Shown: positions 17,614-27,467 of the stretch, piece by piece
Layout: every line of letters starts with the position of its first letter
Numbering within the stretch: the stretch's first letter is position 1
Assembly: GCA_964533825.1 (NCBI GenBank)
Contig: CAZHMU010000001.1
Location: forward strand, 185,970-249,969
Length of the DNA: 64,000 nt
Reading direction: 5' to 3'
From: an uncultured Oscillospiraceae bacterium
GTDB lineage: Bacteria > Bacillota > Clostridia > Christensenellales > CAG-314
Program-made: the position numbers and the translations under genes
Notes under the pieces: generated by a model
Told to the model about the DNA's origin: nothing
Databases searched by the model: none
Seen by the model: the letters and a program-made list of their open reading frames with translations, nothing else

Positions 17614-17964
17614 TTAAAGTTTGACACCCACCACATGTACGTCGATTGAGTCGACAATCATGCCAGTGAAGCGTTCCAGACTGTATTTTACTGAATTTTT
17701 CAAACTTGAGGATACTGCGGAAATGGGTAGACCATACTTGAACTTAACAAACAAATCCACATAGATGCGGTCTCCCTTGGTTGCAATACGAACTCCTCTG
17801 CCTTTGCCGTTGCGTTTGAACAAATCAGTAAAGGAATCGGAAAAACTAAATGGAACCATTTCTACCACACCATAGCACTCCGTAGCGAAATAACTTGCCA
17901 AGTTTGCAATAGCATCATCTGATACGGTGATGGTACCGTAGGCGTTACGTGTTCTCAATGCCAT
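17614..17964 (-). CDS. Asp23/Gls24-family envelope stress protein (YloU-like)
   Basis: 116 aa; GTITVSDDAIANLASYFATECYGVVEM is the Asp23 signature. Confidence 0.88.
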   Translation of the reverse strand: MALRTRNAYGTITVSDDAIANLASYFATECYGVVEMVPFSFSDSFTDLFKRNGKGRGVRIATKGDRIYVDLFVKFKYGLPISAVSSSLKNSVKYSLERFTGMIVDSIDVHVVGVKL

Positions 17965-18187
17965 TTAATTTTACCTCCTGAATAATTATCTCATATATTT
18001 TACATTAAATTGAAACATTTAACAAGTCTTTTTGAGTAAAATGCGAAAAAAATTTCTTCAAATTTTATTTTTTTGCGACATTTTAATTTTTTTATAACTT
18101 TTTGCTTGCCAAAATCGCAAAACAGTGGTATTATATTCAAGCATTAAGCAGAACAGCTAATTTTTTTTCCTATGCGGAGGTGTTAAT

Positions 18188-18373
18188 ATGTCCAAAGTAT
18201 GCGCTATTTGTGGTAAAGGCAAGATGTCCGGTAACAAGGTAAGTCACTCCAACAGAAAGACTCCTAAAACCTACAATGCCAATTTGCAAAAGGTAAAAGT
18301 GGAAATTGATGGTAAAACATCCACAGAATACGTTTGCACACGTTGCATCAGAACAGCTAATAAAGCTGACTAA
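18188..18373 (+). CDS. rpmB: 50S ribosomal protein L28
   Basis: MSKVCAICGKGKMSGNKVSHSNRKTPKTYNANLQKVKV...; 61 aa; RBS GGAGGTG. Confidence 0.95.
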   Translation: MSKVCAICGKGKMSGNKVSHSNRKTPKTYNANLQKVKVEIDGKTSTEYVCTRCIRTANKAD

Positions 18374-18386
18374 TCATTGCAAGCAC

Positions 18387-18417
18387 TAGCCTCGAGTTTT
18401 CTCGGGGCTATTTTTTT
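18387..18417 (+). terminator. Intrinsic terminator after rpmB
   Basis: 10-bp stem tagcctcgag/ctcggggcta followed by T7. Confidence 0.7.
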
Positions 18418-18743
18418 GTTTTAGGCAGATATTGTCGCAACTGCGCTCCTGTATTGAAATTGACAATGGAACCTACTATCAAATTCATTGCGATTGTTAG
18501 TTCATTGTAATACTTAGTATAAAAATACCCCGTAATACTTCGTTCGGTCGGTTGCACCGCCGGTAAAGGTTCAATTTGCAATAGATTTGCACCAATTTTG
18601 CCCTAAAATGTGCGCAAATTTACACAGTTTCGCTAAATTTGCCATTTACTATTTACAAACAGCTATAAAATGGTGTATAATGATATAACACTATTTACGA
18701 AAGCAGAATAGACTAACACAAGAGATAAACCATAGGAGGACTT

Positions 18744-19718
18744 ATGGAAGGTTACACTTGGGCTTTTGAATTTGAAAATCGACTGATACTTTGGCTACAA
18801 AGCTTGGGACAGGAAGGTAGTTTCATCTACTACTTTATGCAATTCTTTACACTGTTTGGCGAGGAATACATCCTTATTGCAGTGATTGGGCTTGTTTACT
18901 GGGGTTTTGACAAAAAGCGTGGCGAACAACTTGCACTCTCTGTTATGGCGGCAAACTTGACTTTCCCACTTATCAAAAACATAGTAAAGCGCACGCGTCC
19001 TTTCCACAGCCACCCAGACATCTTGAACTTGAAAGACGTTTCTGGGTACTCCTTCCCATCGGGCCACTCCACAGGAAGCGCATCCACATTTGTTGGCACT
19101 GCTTGGGTAATGAGAGATGCAAAACAAAATTGGTTGAGAAAAGCATTGCTCGCTTGCGGGATTGCAATCCCACTGCTTGTGGCGTTGACTCGTATGTACC
19201 TTGGCGCACACTACTTTACAGACGTTATTTGCGGTTTGGCAATCGGCACAGGGATGGTGTTCCTTGTGAACTGGCTACTTAACATTGTACCAAACAAGTT
19301 TTACGTTATGTTTGGAATTTTGATTGTTGGCCTTGCAGGTTTCTTCTACTGCACTACAAGCGACTTCTACACAAGCTACGGCATTATGTTTGGTCTTACC
19401 GCTGGTTTCCTTTTCGAGAACAAAGTTGTCAAGTTCGAAAACACCAAAACTTGGTGGAGAATCGGCTTGCGACTTCTCGGTGGCGGAATCATCTATGTCG
19501 GCTTGAACGCCGCATTGAAAGGAATTGTTGGCGCAATCTACCCAACATACAAGGACAACTTCCATTTTGAAAGATTTTTCCGCGTTATCCGCTATGCAAC
19601 GATTATGTTTGTTGCACTTGGTGTGTACCCGATGGTATTCAAACCAGCAGAAAAACTTTGGAAAAAACTTGGCTGGATAAAAGGTGCACCACAAGAAACA
19701 CAAGTTACAGCCGAATAA
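18744..19718 (+). CDS. PAP2-family membrane phosphatase
   Basis: 324 aa, multi-TM. Carries all three PAP2 motifs: KRTRPF, SFPSGHS, RMYLGAHYFTDV. RBS AGGAGG. Confidence 0.88.
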   Translation: MEGYTWAFEFENRLILWLQSLGQEGSFIYYFMQFFTLFGEEYILIAVIGLVYWGFDKKRGEQLALSVMAANLTFPLIKNIVKRTRPFHSHPDILNLKDVSGYSFPSGHSTGSASTFVGTAWVMRDAKQNWLRKALLACGIAIPLLVALTRMYLGAHYFTDVICGLAIGTGMVFLVNWLLNIVPNKFYVMFGILIVGLAGFFYCTTSDFYTSYGIMFGLTAGFLFENKVVKFENTKTWWRIGLRLLGGGIIYVGLNAALKGIVGAIYPTYKDNFHFERFFRVIRYATIMFVALGVYPMVFKPAEKLWKKLGWIKGAPQETQVTAE

Positions 19719-19734
19719 TTACAACAAAATAGCA

Positions 19735-19768
19735 AAACGAGCACCCCATCAAGGATGCTCGTTTTTTT
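19735..19768 (+). terminator. Intrinsic terminator after the PAP2 gene
   Basis: Stem aaacgagca/tgctcgttt followed by a T-run. Confidence 0.7.
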
Positions 19769-20072
19769 GTGCAATTTTTAGCTGTTTGATTACCTTTTTC
19801 CTATCACAAGTTTGCCTAATAAGAGACGCAAGATGCTACCCAAAAACTTGGGAACTTTGATACAAACGATTTTTGTCTTCACCACTTTCTCCATTACTGT
19901 AGTATATGAACAGACCAGTCAAAGTGTGACAAAAATTGGTGTCTTTCGGTAAAATTTGATTAATTTTTGCCAAAAACTTGGTAAAATCGAGCAACACAAG
20001 GCGACTTAAATTCAAACACACTGTTAGCGTTGAAGTACTTTACAACAAGGTTAATACCCACCAATAAAGAAA

Positions 20073-22391
20073 TTACTCGCTTGCTTTTGGAGAAATCAAA
20101 GCGTGCTCGAACACTGTCTTGATATCTTCCGCAAGGACAAATTGAATTTTGTCTTTGACTTCTTGTGGAATTTCCGCAAGGTCGTTTACGTTGTCTTTAG
20201 GGATGATTACCTTTGTGATGCCGAGGCGGTAAGCAGCAAGCGCTTTTTCGCGCAGGCCACCGATGGCAAGCACTTTGCCACGCAGGGTGATTTCACCGGT
20301 CATTGCCACTTGGTTTGATACTGGAATACCTGTAAAGGCGGACATGATTACCGTTGCCATTGTTACACCGGCACTTGGACCATCCTTTGGCACTGCACCT
20401 TCCGGTACGTGGATATGGATGTCTGTTTGCGCAAAACGAGTTTTGTAAATGCCGTAGTCGTCAGCAAGGCTCTTGACGAGGGAAATTGCTGTGCGCGCAG
20501 ACTCTTTCATCACGTCGCCAAGGTTACCTGTAAGTTGAACTTCCCCCTTACCTTGGAACAACGTTGCGTCTACATTCAAAGTTACACCGCCAACGCGCGT
20601 CCAAGCAAGACCGCGAGCTGTACCTACCATAGGTTCACCCATAGCCATATCGTCACGATGTTTTTCCAATCCCAAATATTCGTGTAGATTTTCTTCCGTT
20701 ACTACGATTTTTTCATCCGGATTGGCAACAAGTTTCAAAGCTACCTTACGGCAGATTGTTGCGATTTGACGCTCCAAACTACGCACACCAGATTCGCTTG
20801 TGTAGCGCTCAATAATCCTTGCGTAGGTGTTATCGGAAATTTCCACTGCGCCTTCGGGAATACCATGCAAAGCAAGGTTTTTGCGGAGCAAAAATTTGTT
20901 TGCAATTTCAATCTTTTCCAATTCGGTGTAGCCGCTGAGCTCGATTATTTCCATACGGTCCAAAAGGGGTTCTGGGATGTCGTCAGTTGCGTTTGCTGTG
21001 GATACAAACAATACTTTGGAAAGGTCGTAAGGTACTTCCAAGAAGTGGTCGGTAAAGCTGAAGTTCTGCTCTGGATCCAATACTTCCAACATTGCACTGG
21101 CCGGGTCGCCACGATTGTCTTTGCCCATTTTGTCAATTTCATCCAAAAGGAGTACTGGATTGATGCACTCTGCTTGCTTCATCATATAGATGATTTTGCC
21201 AGGGATTGCACCAACGTAGGTACGGCGGTGACCACGGATTTCCGCTTCGTCACGCACACCACCCAAAGATACGCGCAAGTATTTGCGATCGAGCGCTCTG
21301 GCAATGGAGCGAACAATGGATGTTTTGCCCACTCCTGGAGGTCCAACAAAGCACAAAATTGGTCCATTGAGCTTGCCTGTGAGTTGCATTACTGCCAAAA
21401 ACTCCACAATACGGTCTTTGATTTTTTCCAAGCCATAGTGGTCTTCGTCCAAGATTTGGCGCGCCAATGTCAAGTCCTTGTTGTCTTGTGACTCGTTTGT
21501 CCAGGGTACTTCACAAAGCCAATCGATGTAGTTGCGAATTACCGCAGCATCAGGGCTGGTTGGGGACATTTTGGAAAGGCGGCTGAGCTCACGCATAGCC
21601 TTTTTAGCCACTTCTTCCGGCATACCGCACTTTTTGATTTTGTCGAGATACTCTTGTTTTTCGTTAGCATCTTCGCCAAGTTCAGCGGAAATTGCCTTCA
21701 TTTGCTCACGAAGGTAGTATTCCTTTTGACCTTCTTCCACTTGCTTTTTAACGCGGTTGGCGATGCGCTTTTCCGCTTGGATAAACTCAATTTGACCCAC
21801 TGTGTAGGCGCAAATTTTTTCCATACGCACGTCAATGTTGGACTCTTCCAAAATATCTTGACGGCTTGGGAGCATTGTTACAACTTCGTTGGCTACAGCG
21901 TTGGTAAATGAAAGATAGTCGATGTGTTCGGCAGTCAAAGGTTTGATATCGATTTTCAAGCGCGGTTCTGTCTTGGCAAGTCGTTTTACGTGTGTAATTG
22001 TTTGCTCGTACAAAGCGCGAGTGGATGCGTCATTTGCGCAGATGTAGTCCATTGTTTCTACGTCGGCCAAAAACAAACTTTCGTTTGAAGAAAAACGAGC
22101 AATCTTTGCTCTTTCCAATGTGCGAGTGTTGACGGTCATTGACTTGTCGGTTGCACTGTCAATGGATACAATTTCTGCAATAACACCCACTGTGTACAGG
22201 TCTTGAGCTCCCCTTGGGGATGCGCTTGCAGGGTCAAGCTGGCTTACCATAAAGAATCTTCCGCCATTTTCGATGGCAAATCTGATGGCATTTACAGAGA
22301 TTGTGCGTGCCACTTCAATTTTTGCTCGAACATTTGGGAAGAAGAAATTTCCACGCATTGCAATTACGGGAAGATTTGAGTAGTTTGTCAA
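20073..22391 (-). CDS. lon: ATP-dependent Lon protease (LonA)
   Basis: LON N-domain (LPVIAMRGNFFFPNV), Walker A GPPGVGKTS, protease motif PKDGPSAGVTM. I place the start at TTG 22391 (MTNYSNLPVIAMRG), 8 nt after GAGG. The ORF-track start at 22454 is also TTG but has no RBS. Confidence 0.95.
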   Translation of the reverse strand: MTNYSNLPVIAMRGNFFFPNVRAKIEVARTISVNAIRFAIENGGRFFMVSQLDPASASPRGAQDLYTVGVIAEIVSIDSATDKSMTVNTRTLERAKIARFSSNESLFLADVETMDYICANDASTRALYEQTITHVKRLAKTEPRLKIDIKPLTAEHIDYLSFTNAVANEVVTMLPSRQDILEESNIDVRMEKICAYTVGQIEFIQAEKRIANRVKKQVEEGQKEYYLREQMKAISAELGEDANEKQEYLDKIKKCGMPEEVAKKAMRELSRLSKMSPTSPDAAVIRNYIDWLCEVPWTNESQDNKDLTLARQILDEDHYGLEKIKDRIVEFLAVMQLTGKLNGPILCFVGPPGVGKTSIVRSIARALDRKYLRVSLGGVRDEAEIRGHRRTYVGAIPGKIIYMMKQAECINPVLLLDEIDKMGKDNRGDPASAMLEVLDPEQNFSFTDHFLEVPYDLSKVLFVSTANATDDIPEPLLDRMEIIELSGYTELEKIEIANKFLLRKNLALHGIPEGAVEISDNTYARIIERYTSESGVRSLERQIATICRKVALKLVANPDEKIVVTEENLHEYLGLEKHRDDMAMGEPMVGTARGLAWTRVGGVTLNVDATLFQGKGEVQLTGNLGDVMKESARTAISLVKSLADDYGIYKTRFAQTDIHIHVPEGAVPKDGPSAGVTMATVIMSAFTGIPVSNQVAMTGEITLRGKVLAIGGLREKALAAYRLGITKVIIPKDNVNDLAEIPQEVKDKIQFVLAEDIKTVFEHALISPKASE

Positions 22392-22580
22392 AGTAGTTAC
22401 CTCTTTTGATGTATTATCTTTAGTTTGGTTGATTTTGCTGATATTATATAACAAAAGGTATTTTTTAGCAACAAAATTGACGACCTGAAAAACAAAAAGC
22501 GCCAGACAAAGGTTTGACGCGTTGTTCTATGTAAATTGCAACAACTACAAGACTAAGCTTACGACATTGAGGAAATTTCG

Positions 22581-23420
22581 CTAAATATGCTCAATGCCAC
22601 AAGGAACGGAATGCACTACGGTGGCATTAAATCCACGCTCTTGGAGCATACGCGTTACCCTTTCGGCATCCGTTTGACTCTGGCACCAAACGTAATATGC
22701 ACTGCCACTACCTGTCATGTTGGGAGTGTAGCCAAGGTCACGCACGCATTGGATGTAGCTTTGGGCATAGCTACTCAAGCTTTGACAAGCGGATTGCAAG
22801 TTATTGTTTTGTAGTTCGATTGCAAGGTTTCCGTTGCAAAGCAAGTTGAACAGTTTTTCGCTGTCTGTTTTGCGTTGTTCGGGCAAAGTATCGAAAGCAT
22901 TGTAGACATCAGCCGTGGACATACTTTGGCTAAAGCGTGTGAGTGCAAAGTACAAATTGAAAGGACACTCACCAAATGTTACGTCATCTCCTTTGCCTTG
23001 CATGCGTGCAATGCCACCCTTTAGCATAAAGGTGATGTCGCTACCCAAAGATGCGCACAACTTTGCAACTGGTTCGCTTTGCAAGTCAATGTCAAACAAT
23101 TTGCACATACAGTAGATTACACCTGCGGAGTCTGCAGATGAGCCACCCATACCTGCACCAATAGGAATACCCTTTTTGATGTCGATGTTGACACCAAAGG
23201 TATCAAATTGCTCAACAAAAGCCACTGCTGTTTTGTAAGCAATGTTGTCCACCGTGGGCATAAAACCTTTGAGCTTGACCTTCTTGTCCTTTCGTGGGGT
23301 GACTTCGATTTGGTCCCAAATGTTGACAGAGGTTACAATACTATCAATAGGATGGAAGTTGCCCACCTTGGGAAAAACGTTCAAAGTTAGATTAAGTTTT
23401 GCGTAAACTTTTACTTTCAT
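22581..23420 (-). CDS. ispE: 4-diphosphocytidyl-2-C-methyl-D-erythritol kinase
   Basis: MKVKVYAKLNLTLNV...; GHMP kinase motif PIGAGMGGSSADSAG; 279 aa. Confidence 0.9.
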   Translation of the reverse strand: MKVKVYAKLNLTLNVFPKVGNFHPIDSIVTSVNIWDQIEVTPRKDKKVKLKGFMPTVDNIAYKTAVAFVEQFDTFGVNIDIKKGIPIGAGMGGSSADSAGVIYCMCKLFDIDLQSEPVAKLCASLGSDITFMLKGGIARMQGKGDDVTFGECPFNLYFALTRFSQSMSTADVYNAFDTLPEQRKTDSEKLFNLLCNGNLAIELQNNNLQSACQSLSSYAQSYIQCVRDLGYTPNMTGSGSAYYVWCQSQTDAERVTRMLQERGFNATVVHSVPCGIEHI

Positions 23421-23739
23421 AATTACATTATATCACAAAAAATACGCATTGAAAAGGCTTTTGATTTGGTTGATAGTAGTTTACAACAACTTTTTGAGCC
23501 TAACTACGTTGTAAATCTCAACCCACGTCAATAAATGACAACATACAACCAATGAAGAATTACCTTTTTCTCAAAAGGGGTAAGCTCAAAGTAAATTTAT
23601 ATTTTGGTGGGAGCATGCACTAAATCTTGACAAGCAGAAAGCCCCTCGAAATGAGGGACTTGTTTTATACCTGGTTGTTATTTATGCAACGATGGATTAG
23701 TCAACTTTAAGATGTTTAGTCAGTTGAAAAATCATACCA

Positions 23740-25209
23740 CTAAATCTTGTTAAAAATTACAATACGTGCATCGGCGGTCAATGGGTCGGTGAGCTGTGGG
23801 TTTGTGGCAAGGATGTCTTCGGTGGACATATGCAAGTTTTTGGCAAGCTCCCAAAGTGTTTCCCCTTTGTGTGCAAGACAAATTTCCAAAGCTGGTAACT
23901 GTGTTTTGTCAAAGGGGATCATTTCTGCTGTTACGATTGCCGAATGCGTCACGTCGCGCGAACAATTTGCGCGTATGCACAGCGTTACATTTGCAGTCAA
24001 GGTGTCATTATCCTGTAGTGAGAAATTTGTCACCACAGCATTTGCGCAAACTACGCAATCAACACCCAGGGCTTGCGCATCAATTTTTTGCGAGAAAGGA
24101 ATTTCCAGCACTTCGCTCTCTGTGCGCTCGCCATTGTAGATGGCTGTCGCATACACAATGCCATCGGCAATCAAGCAATCAACACCAGCACTGCACTTAG
24201 TTACAACCGCACTCACGTTTACTGCAGTTTGCAAACGTCTGTCGTTATCTTTGGGGAGATTGACGGAAAATGTGCGTTCGGCACAAACAGCTGAAAGGGG
24301 CAATGTTGTAGTGATGGGTTGCTTTGTAAGAGCATAGTCACAATCAGTGCCATAGCAATCGGTTACAACTTGCAAACCGTTGATAGTTGTACTTTCCAGT
24401 TGCAGGTTGCAGGCGATATCCACCAAAAAGACTTTGTTGCCTTCTTGCGTGATATCCAAGCGCACTTTGGTTGTGCGCACTGATGCAAAAAGTTGCAAGT
24501 TGTTGCAAGAAATTTGTCCAACGTCCACCTCTCGCTCGAAGTCGAAGGGTAGACTGTCGGTGTAGATTGCGCCATCGCTTGTGTAAGTCAATCGTACAGT
24601 GGCAACACCCTTTAGGTGCAATGCGCCATCGGCAAAATGATAGTCGGAAAGGCACACACCACTTTCTGCAAGAAGTACCCCTTCGATTGGGTGAGTAGCG
24701 GTAAGTTCTTCGTCAACAACAAAAGGAATTTGCGCTGTTTCCACACCCTGCAACAACGAGATGTTTTGCTTGCAAACAAAAAGATTTTCCGTATCAACAA
24801 GACAGTTAGCAGATTGAGAAATATATCCATAAATGCCAATTTCCAACAAAATTGTCAGCATTGCTGTGTTGGCATTTGTATCCACCTGGGTATCCACTGT
24901 TACCACGTCGAATATAAGCTTTGAGTCGGTGGTGAGTAGCTCACTTTGCACGTCAGCAGTAAAGTCTGCGTTGTAGTTGGAGCTTACCAAACCCATGCCA
25001 TCATCATACAAAAACTTGATGTGCGTTTTGCCATAGAAGGATGCACTGCCGTTTGTCGACTCGTAAGAAATGATGGAGCTTTCGCTACCGACAGAAATCA
25101 CTTCGGTAATTTCATTTTTTACAGAAATGCGCACGTTTACAGTTGTTTGCATTTTGCCAAGAAACTGCTTGGTAAAATAGGTTACATTTTGGAATTGCAA
25201 ATTGGACAT
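23740..25209 (-). CDS. SPOCS/DUF3794-type protein with a C-terminal LysM domain (SipL-like sporulation protein)
   Basis: About 489 aa from ATG 25209 (RBS GGGGGA). The body is repetitive and beta-rich. The C-terminal LysM reads ICLAHKGETLWELAKNLHMSTEDILATNPQL. The architecture matches clostridial SipL; the call rests on architecture only. Confidence 0.6.
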   Translation of the reverse strand: MSNLQFQNVTYFTKQFLGKMQTTVNVRISVKNEITEVISVGSESSIISYESTNGSASFYGKTHIKFLYDDGMGLVSSNYNADFTADVQSELLTTDSKLIFDVVTVDTQVDTNANTAMLTILLEIGIYGYISQSANCLVDTENLFVCKQNISLLQGVETAQIPFVVDEELTATHPIEGVLLAESGVCLSDYHFADGALHLKGVATVRLTYTSDGAIYTDSLPFDFEREVDVGQISCNNLQLFASVRTTKVRLDITQEGNKVFLVDIACNLQLESTTINGLQVVTDCYGTDCDYALTKQPITTTLPLSAVCAERTFSVNLPKDNDRRLQTAVNVSAVVTKCSAGVDCLIADGIVYATAIYNGERTESEVLEIPFSQKIDAQALGVDCVVCANAVVTNFSLQDNDTLTANVTLCIRANCSRDVTHSAIVTAEMIPFDKTQLPALEICLAHKGETLWELAKNLHMSTEDILATNPQLTDPLTADARIVIFNKI

Positions 25210-25441
25210 ATTGTTCCCCCACACTTTGATTGTATCAATGTAATATACGAGTGAGCTTTGCTAAATATGCTCAAAAAAAGACAACGCGGATAGCGTTGCC
25301 AAGAAAAGTTTTTGTAGCCTTATTTTTCAATAAATATGGCCTTTTATGCCAATTTGAAGCAAAATATACAATACTATGTTTGTAATAGTATATCATTTTT
25401 GGCGGTCAAAGGTCAATTTTTAGCAAATTGCTGTAATTTTG

Positions 25442-25684
25442 CTAAGTTGCAGATTGGTCTATTAGAGATACTTCGCCACAAATTACGTCAACATAGGAAC
25501 AGGAAATTCTGTCAAAAATATCGCCCAAAAGTTGGATAACAAATACATTTGGGTGTACTTCCACTATTTGCCCTTTGCACTTTTTGATCCGATTACGTCC
25601 CTTGTTGAGTTTGACCAAAACTTTGCGACCTTTGAGAGCTTGCACCATTTGCTTTGCCTGTTCCACTGTGATATGCTGCTTCAT
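25442..25684 (-). CDS. veg: Veg protein
   Basis: 80 aa; KGRKVLVKLNKGRNRIKKCKGQIVEVHPNVFVIQL...RISCSYVDVICGEVSL parallels B. subtilis Veg. It lies near ispE, as in Bacillus. Confidence 0.85.
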   Translation of the reverse strand: MKQHITVEQAKQMVQALKGRKVLVKLNKGRNRIKKCKGQIVEVHPNVFVIQLLGDIFDRISCSYVDVICGEVSLIDQSAT

Positions 25685-25837
25685 AACTCAAAGTATTGCC
25701 AAGTTTATTAAAGAAAATACTTGCCATTAAGCCATTTGTAAAAACTGAAATTTTCCTTGTACTTTTTTTAATTTACGCGAGTTCTTGAAGCGCCGTAAAA
25801 CATACTACACTACCTTTAGACAAGCCCCTTTCTTTCG

Positions 25838-25868
25838 AAAAAAAATGCCTACGAGATTTCATAGGCAT
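25838..25868 (-). terminator. Intrinsic terminator after the acidic zinc-ribbon gene
   Basis: Stem atgccta/taggcat (25845-25868). The minus strand is followed by U8 (A-run 25838-25845). Confidence 0.6.
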
Positions 25869-25878
25869 CAGTTTTATA

Positions 25879-26367
25879 TTACTCGTCATCCTCATCGTTT
25901 TCGTCATCTTCGTCGTCGAAATCGTCAACAAAGTCATCAATGAATTCGTCGTCATAGTCATCAAGATCAATGTCGATATTTTCTTCATCTTCGAAGTCGT
26001 CATCATGGTCGAACTCTTCGTCTGCACGCAACTCATCAAGAGGAATTTCCGTTGCATCGTCAAGACCGTCTTCGGTGTCGTCATCATCCAAGAAAGTGCG
26101 CCAAGAATCGTCGTCTTCGGCATCTTCGCTAACCAACTGAGCTTGGTGAGCAAGACAGTTTTCGCACATTTCTTCGGTCATGCCGATGTATGCAGTTTTG
26201 CAGATTGGGCAGAGCTTTAGTGGTTCGTCATCATCGATAATATCGTCAAGCAAGACAATTTTTGTATCCAATCCCAACTCGGATTTGCAAACGTCACACA
26301 TTTCTTCCGCAACAGGGATGTAGTTAAGTTCGCAACGGGGACATTTTTTGTATTTTGCGTTGGCCAT
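25879..26367 (-). CDS. Double zinc-ribbon protein with an extremely acidic C-terminal tail
   Basis: 162 aa; RBS AAGGAG. It has two internally repeated CPxC...EEMCxxC modules (CPRCELNYIPVAEEMCDVC; CPICKTAYIGMTEEMCENC). The last ~85 residues are dominated by D/E. Confidence 0.7.
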   Translation of the reverse strand: MANAKYKKCPRCELNYIPVAEEMCDVCKSELGLDTKIVLLDDIIDDDEPLKLCPICKTAYIGMTEEMCENCLAHQAQLVSEDAEDDDSWRTFLDDDDTEDGLDDATEIPLDELRADEEFDHDDDFEDEENIDIDLDDYDDEFIDDFVDDFDDEDDENDEDDE

Positions 26368-26594
26368 GATTTTTCTCCTTTTTAGTAAGAGCTTTTATGC
26401 GCAATAATTTATCATTATTGTTGCAAAAAGTAAACTGTTTTTTGCTATATTTTTTGAATAATTTTCAACTTTTTCAACAAATAGGCAATTTGTTGTTTCA
26501 TTTGGCAATTTATTTGAAACAATACCGCCCATAAATCTCAAAATTGTCGTCAAATCTTACGAAAAATTATGTTCAAAACAATGGATTATATGCA

Positions 26595-27326
26595 CTATTT
26601 TGCAAAGTCGATGGAAATGTAGTCCACATCGCAAACGTACTCAAGTTGATACTTCAATGCAAGATTTTCCGAAGGAACATTTCCCTTGATGATTGTTGCA
26701 TAGGGGATATCGCCCATTTCAATAACTTGGTTTGTGAGATGTGTCATAACTTCCAAAGCGTAGCCTTTTTTGCGATGTTCGGGCAATGTGTAGAGCATAC
26801 CCAAAGATTTTTCTAAATGCAACAAGCACCAACATACTGGTTTGTCATCCACGTACAAGGCAGATGAAGGATGCATTGTCAGCAATTCAACGACGTCCGC
26901 TACAGATGCGTAGTCGGTACCGTTTGCCACCAAGTGAGCGTAGTCAGTTGACATTGGACGCAAATCGCCTTGACACTGGTATGTCAATGGTTTGCCATTC
27001 CAGACAAAAAGACCACAAGTAGTACGATAACCAAACTTGTATTTGGTCTGTAAATAGTTGGCTACTTTAGGGGTTATCATACGAAACTCTGCATAGCAAT
27101 CTTTGAAACTACCAACAAATTGATCCACAAAAGATAGGTCGTCCGACGCTATCGTACACTCGTAAAACCTGCCGTTATGCACCGCTGTTGCGTAGCTGTT
27201 GCCGCTTTGGTACAAGTGGACATTTGGCATAGCCGTAAGATAGCCATACAAAATTAGCGTTTGCGGGTTGCTTTTGAATAGTTTTAGAAGTTGGGGTGTA
27301 ACTGTTATTTTTTCCATAGCGCGCAC
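26595..27326 (-). CDS. GNAT-family N-acetyltransferase
   Basis: 243 aa. C-terminal acetyl-CoA-binding-type segment LGMLYTLPEHRKKGYALEVMTHL. Confidence 0.65.
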   Translation of the reverse strand: MRAMEKITVTPQLLKLFKSNPQTLILYGYLTAMPNVHLYQSGNSYATAVHNGRFYECTIASDDLSFVDQFVGSFKDCYAEFRMITPKVANYLQTKYKFGYRTTCGLFVWNGKPLTYQCQGDLRPMSTDYAHLVANGTDYASVADVVELLTMHPSSALYVDDKPVCWCLLHLEKSLGMLYTLPEHRKKGYALEVMTHLTNQVIEMGDIPYATIIKGNVPSENLALKYQLEYVCDVDYISIDFAK

Positions 27327-27467
27327 ATTATATCAAATGAAAGCAATCTGGGCAACCCTTTTTGTAAAAAATTGTTGGAAATTTTGCGCTTTCGTGCAAT
27401 TTTATTGACCGCAAATCAAAGTGATGGTAAAATAATAGACAAGCACATTAGCCAAAAGGAGATAGAC

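Noticed and set aside
19836-20021. 61-aa ORF in the spacer downstream of lon.
   Set aside because: It has no RBS and no motif, and lies between a terminator and the lon stop. It is probably non-coding or a decayed remnant.
22392-22580. CIRCE or CtsR heat-shock operator upstream of lon.
   Set aside because: Only a weak half-match (GTCAAAcctttGTCtgg) is present. There is no TTAGCACTC-N9-GAGTGCTAA, so the evidence is insufficient.
25773-26153. 126-aa alternative-frame ORF (MLTKLSWLAKMPK...TMMTT repeats) inside the acidic-protein gene.
   Set aside because: It is the out-of-frame reading of the GAT/GAA-rich tail. It has no RBS, and the zinc-ribbon frame with an RBS and terminator explains the locus.
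27291-27467. 59-codon N-terminal extension of the udk ORF.
   Set aside because: The P-loop N-terminus MKRFVIGIAGGTGSGKTT starts at ATG 27468 with a good RBS. The extension overlaps the divergent GNAT gene's start region.
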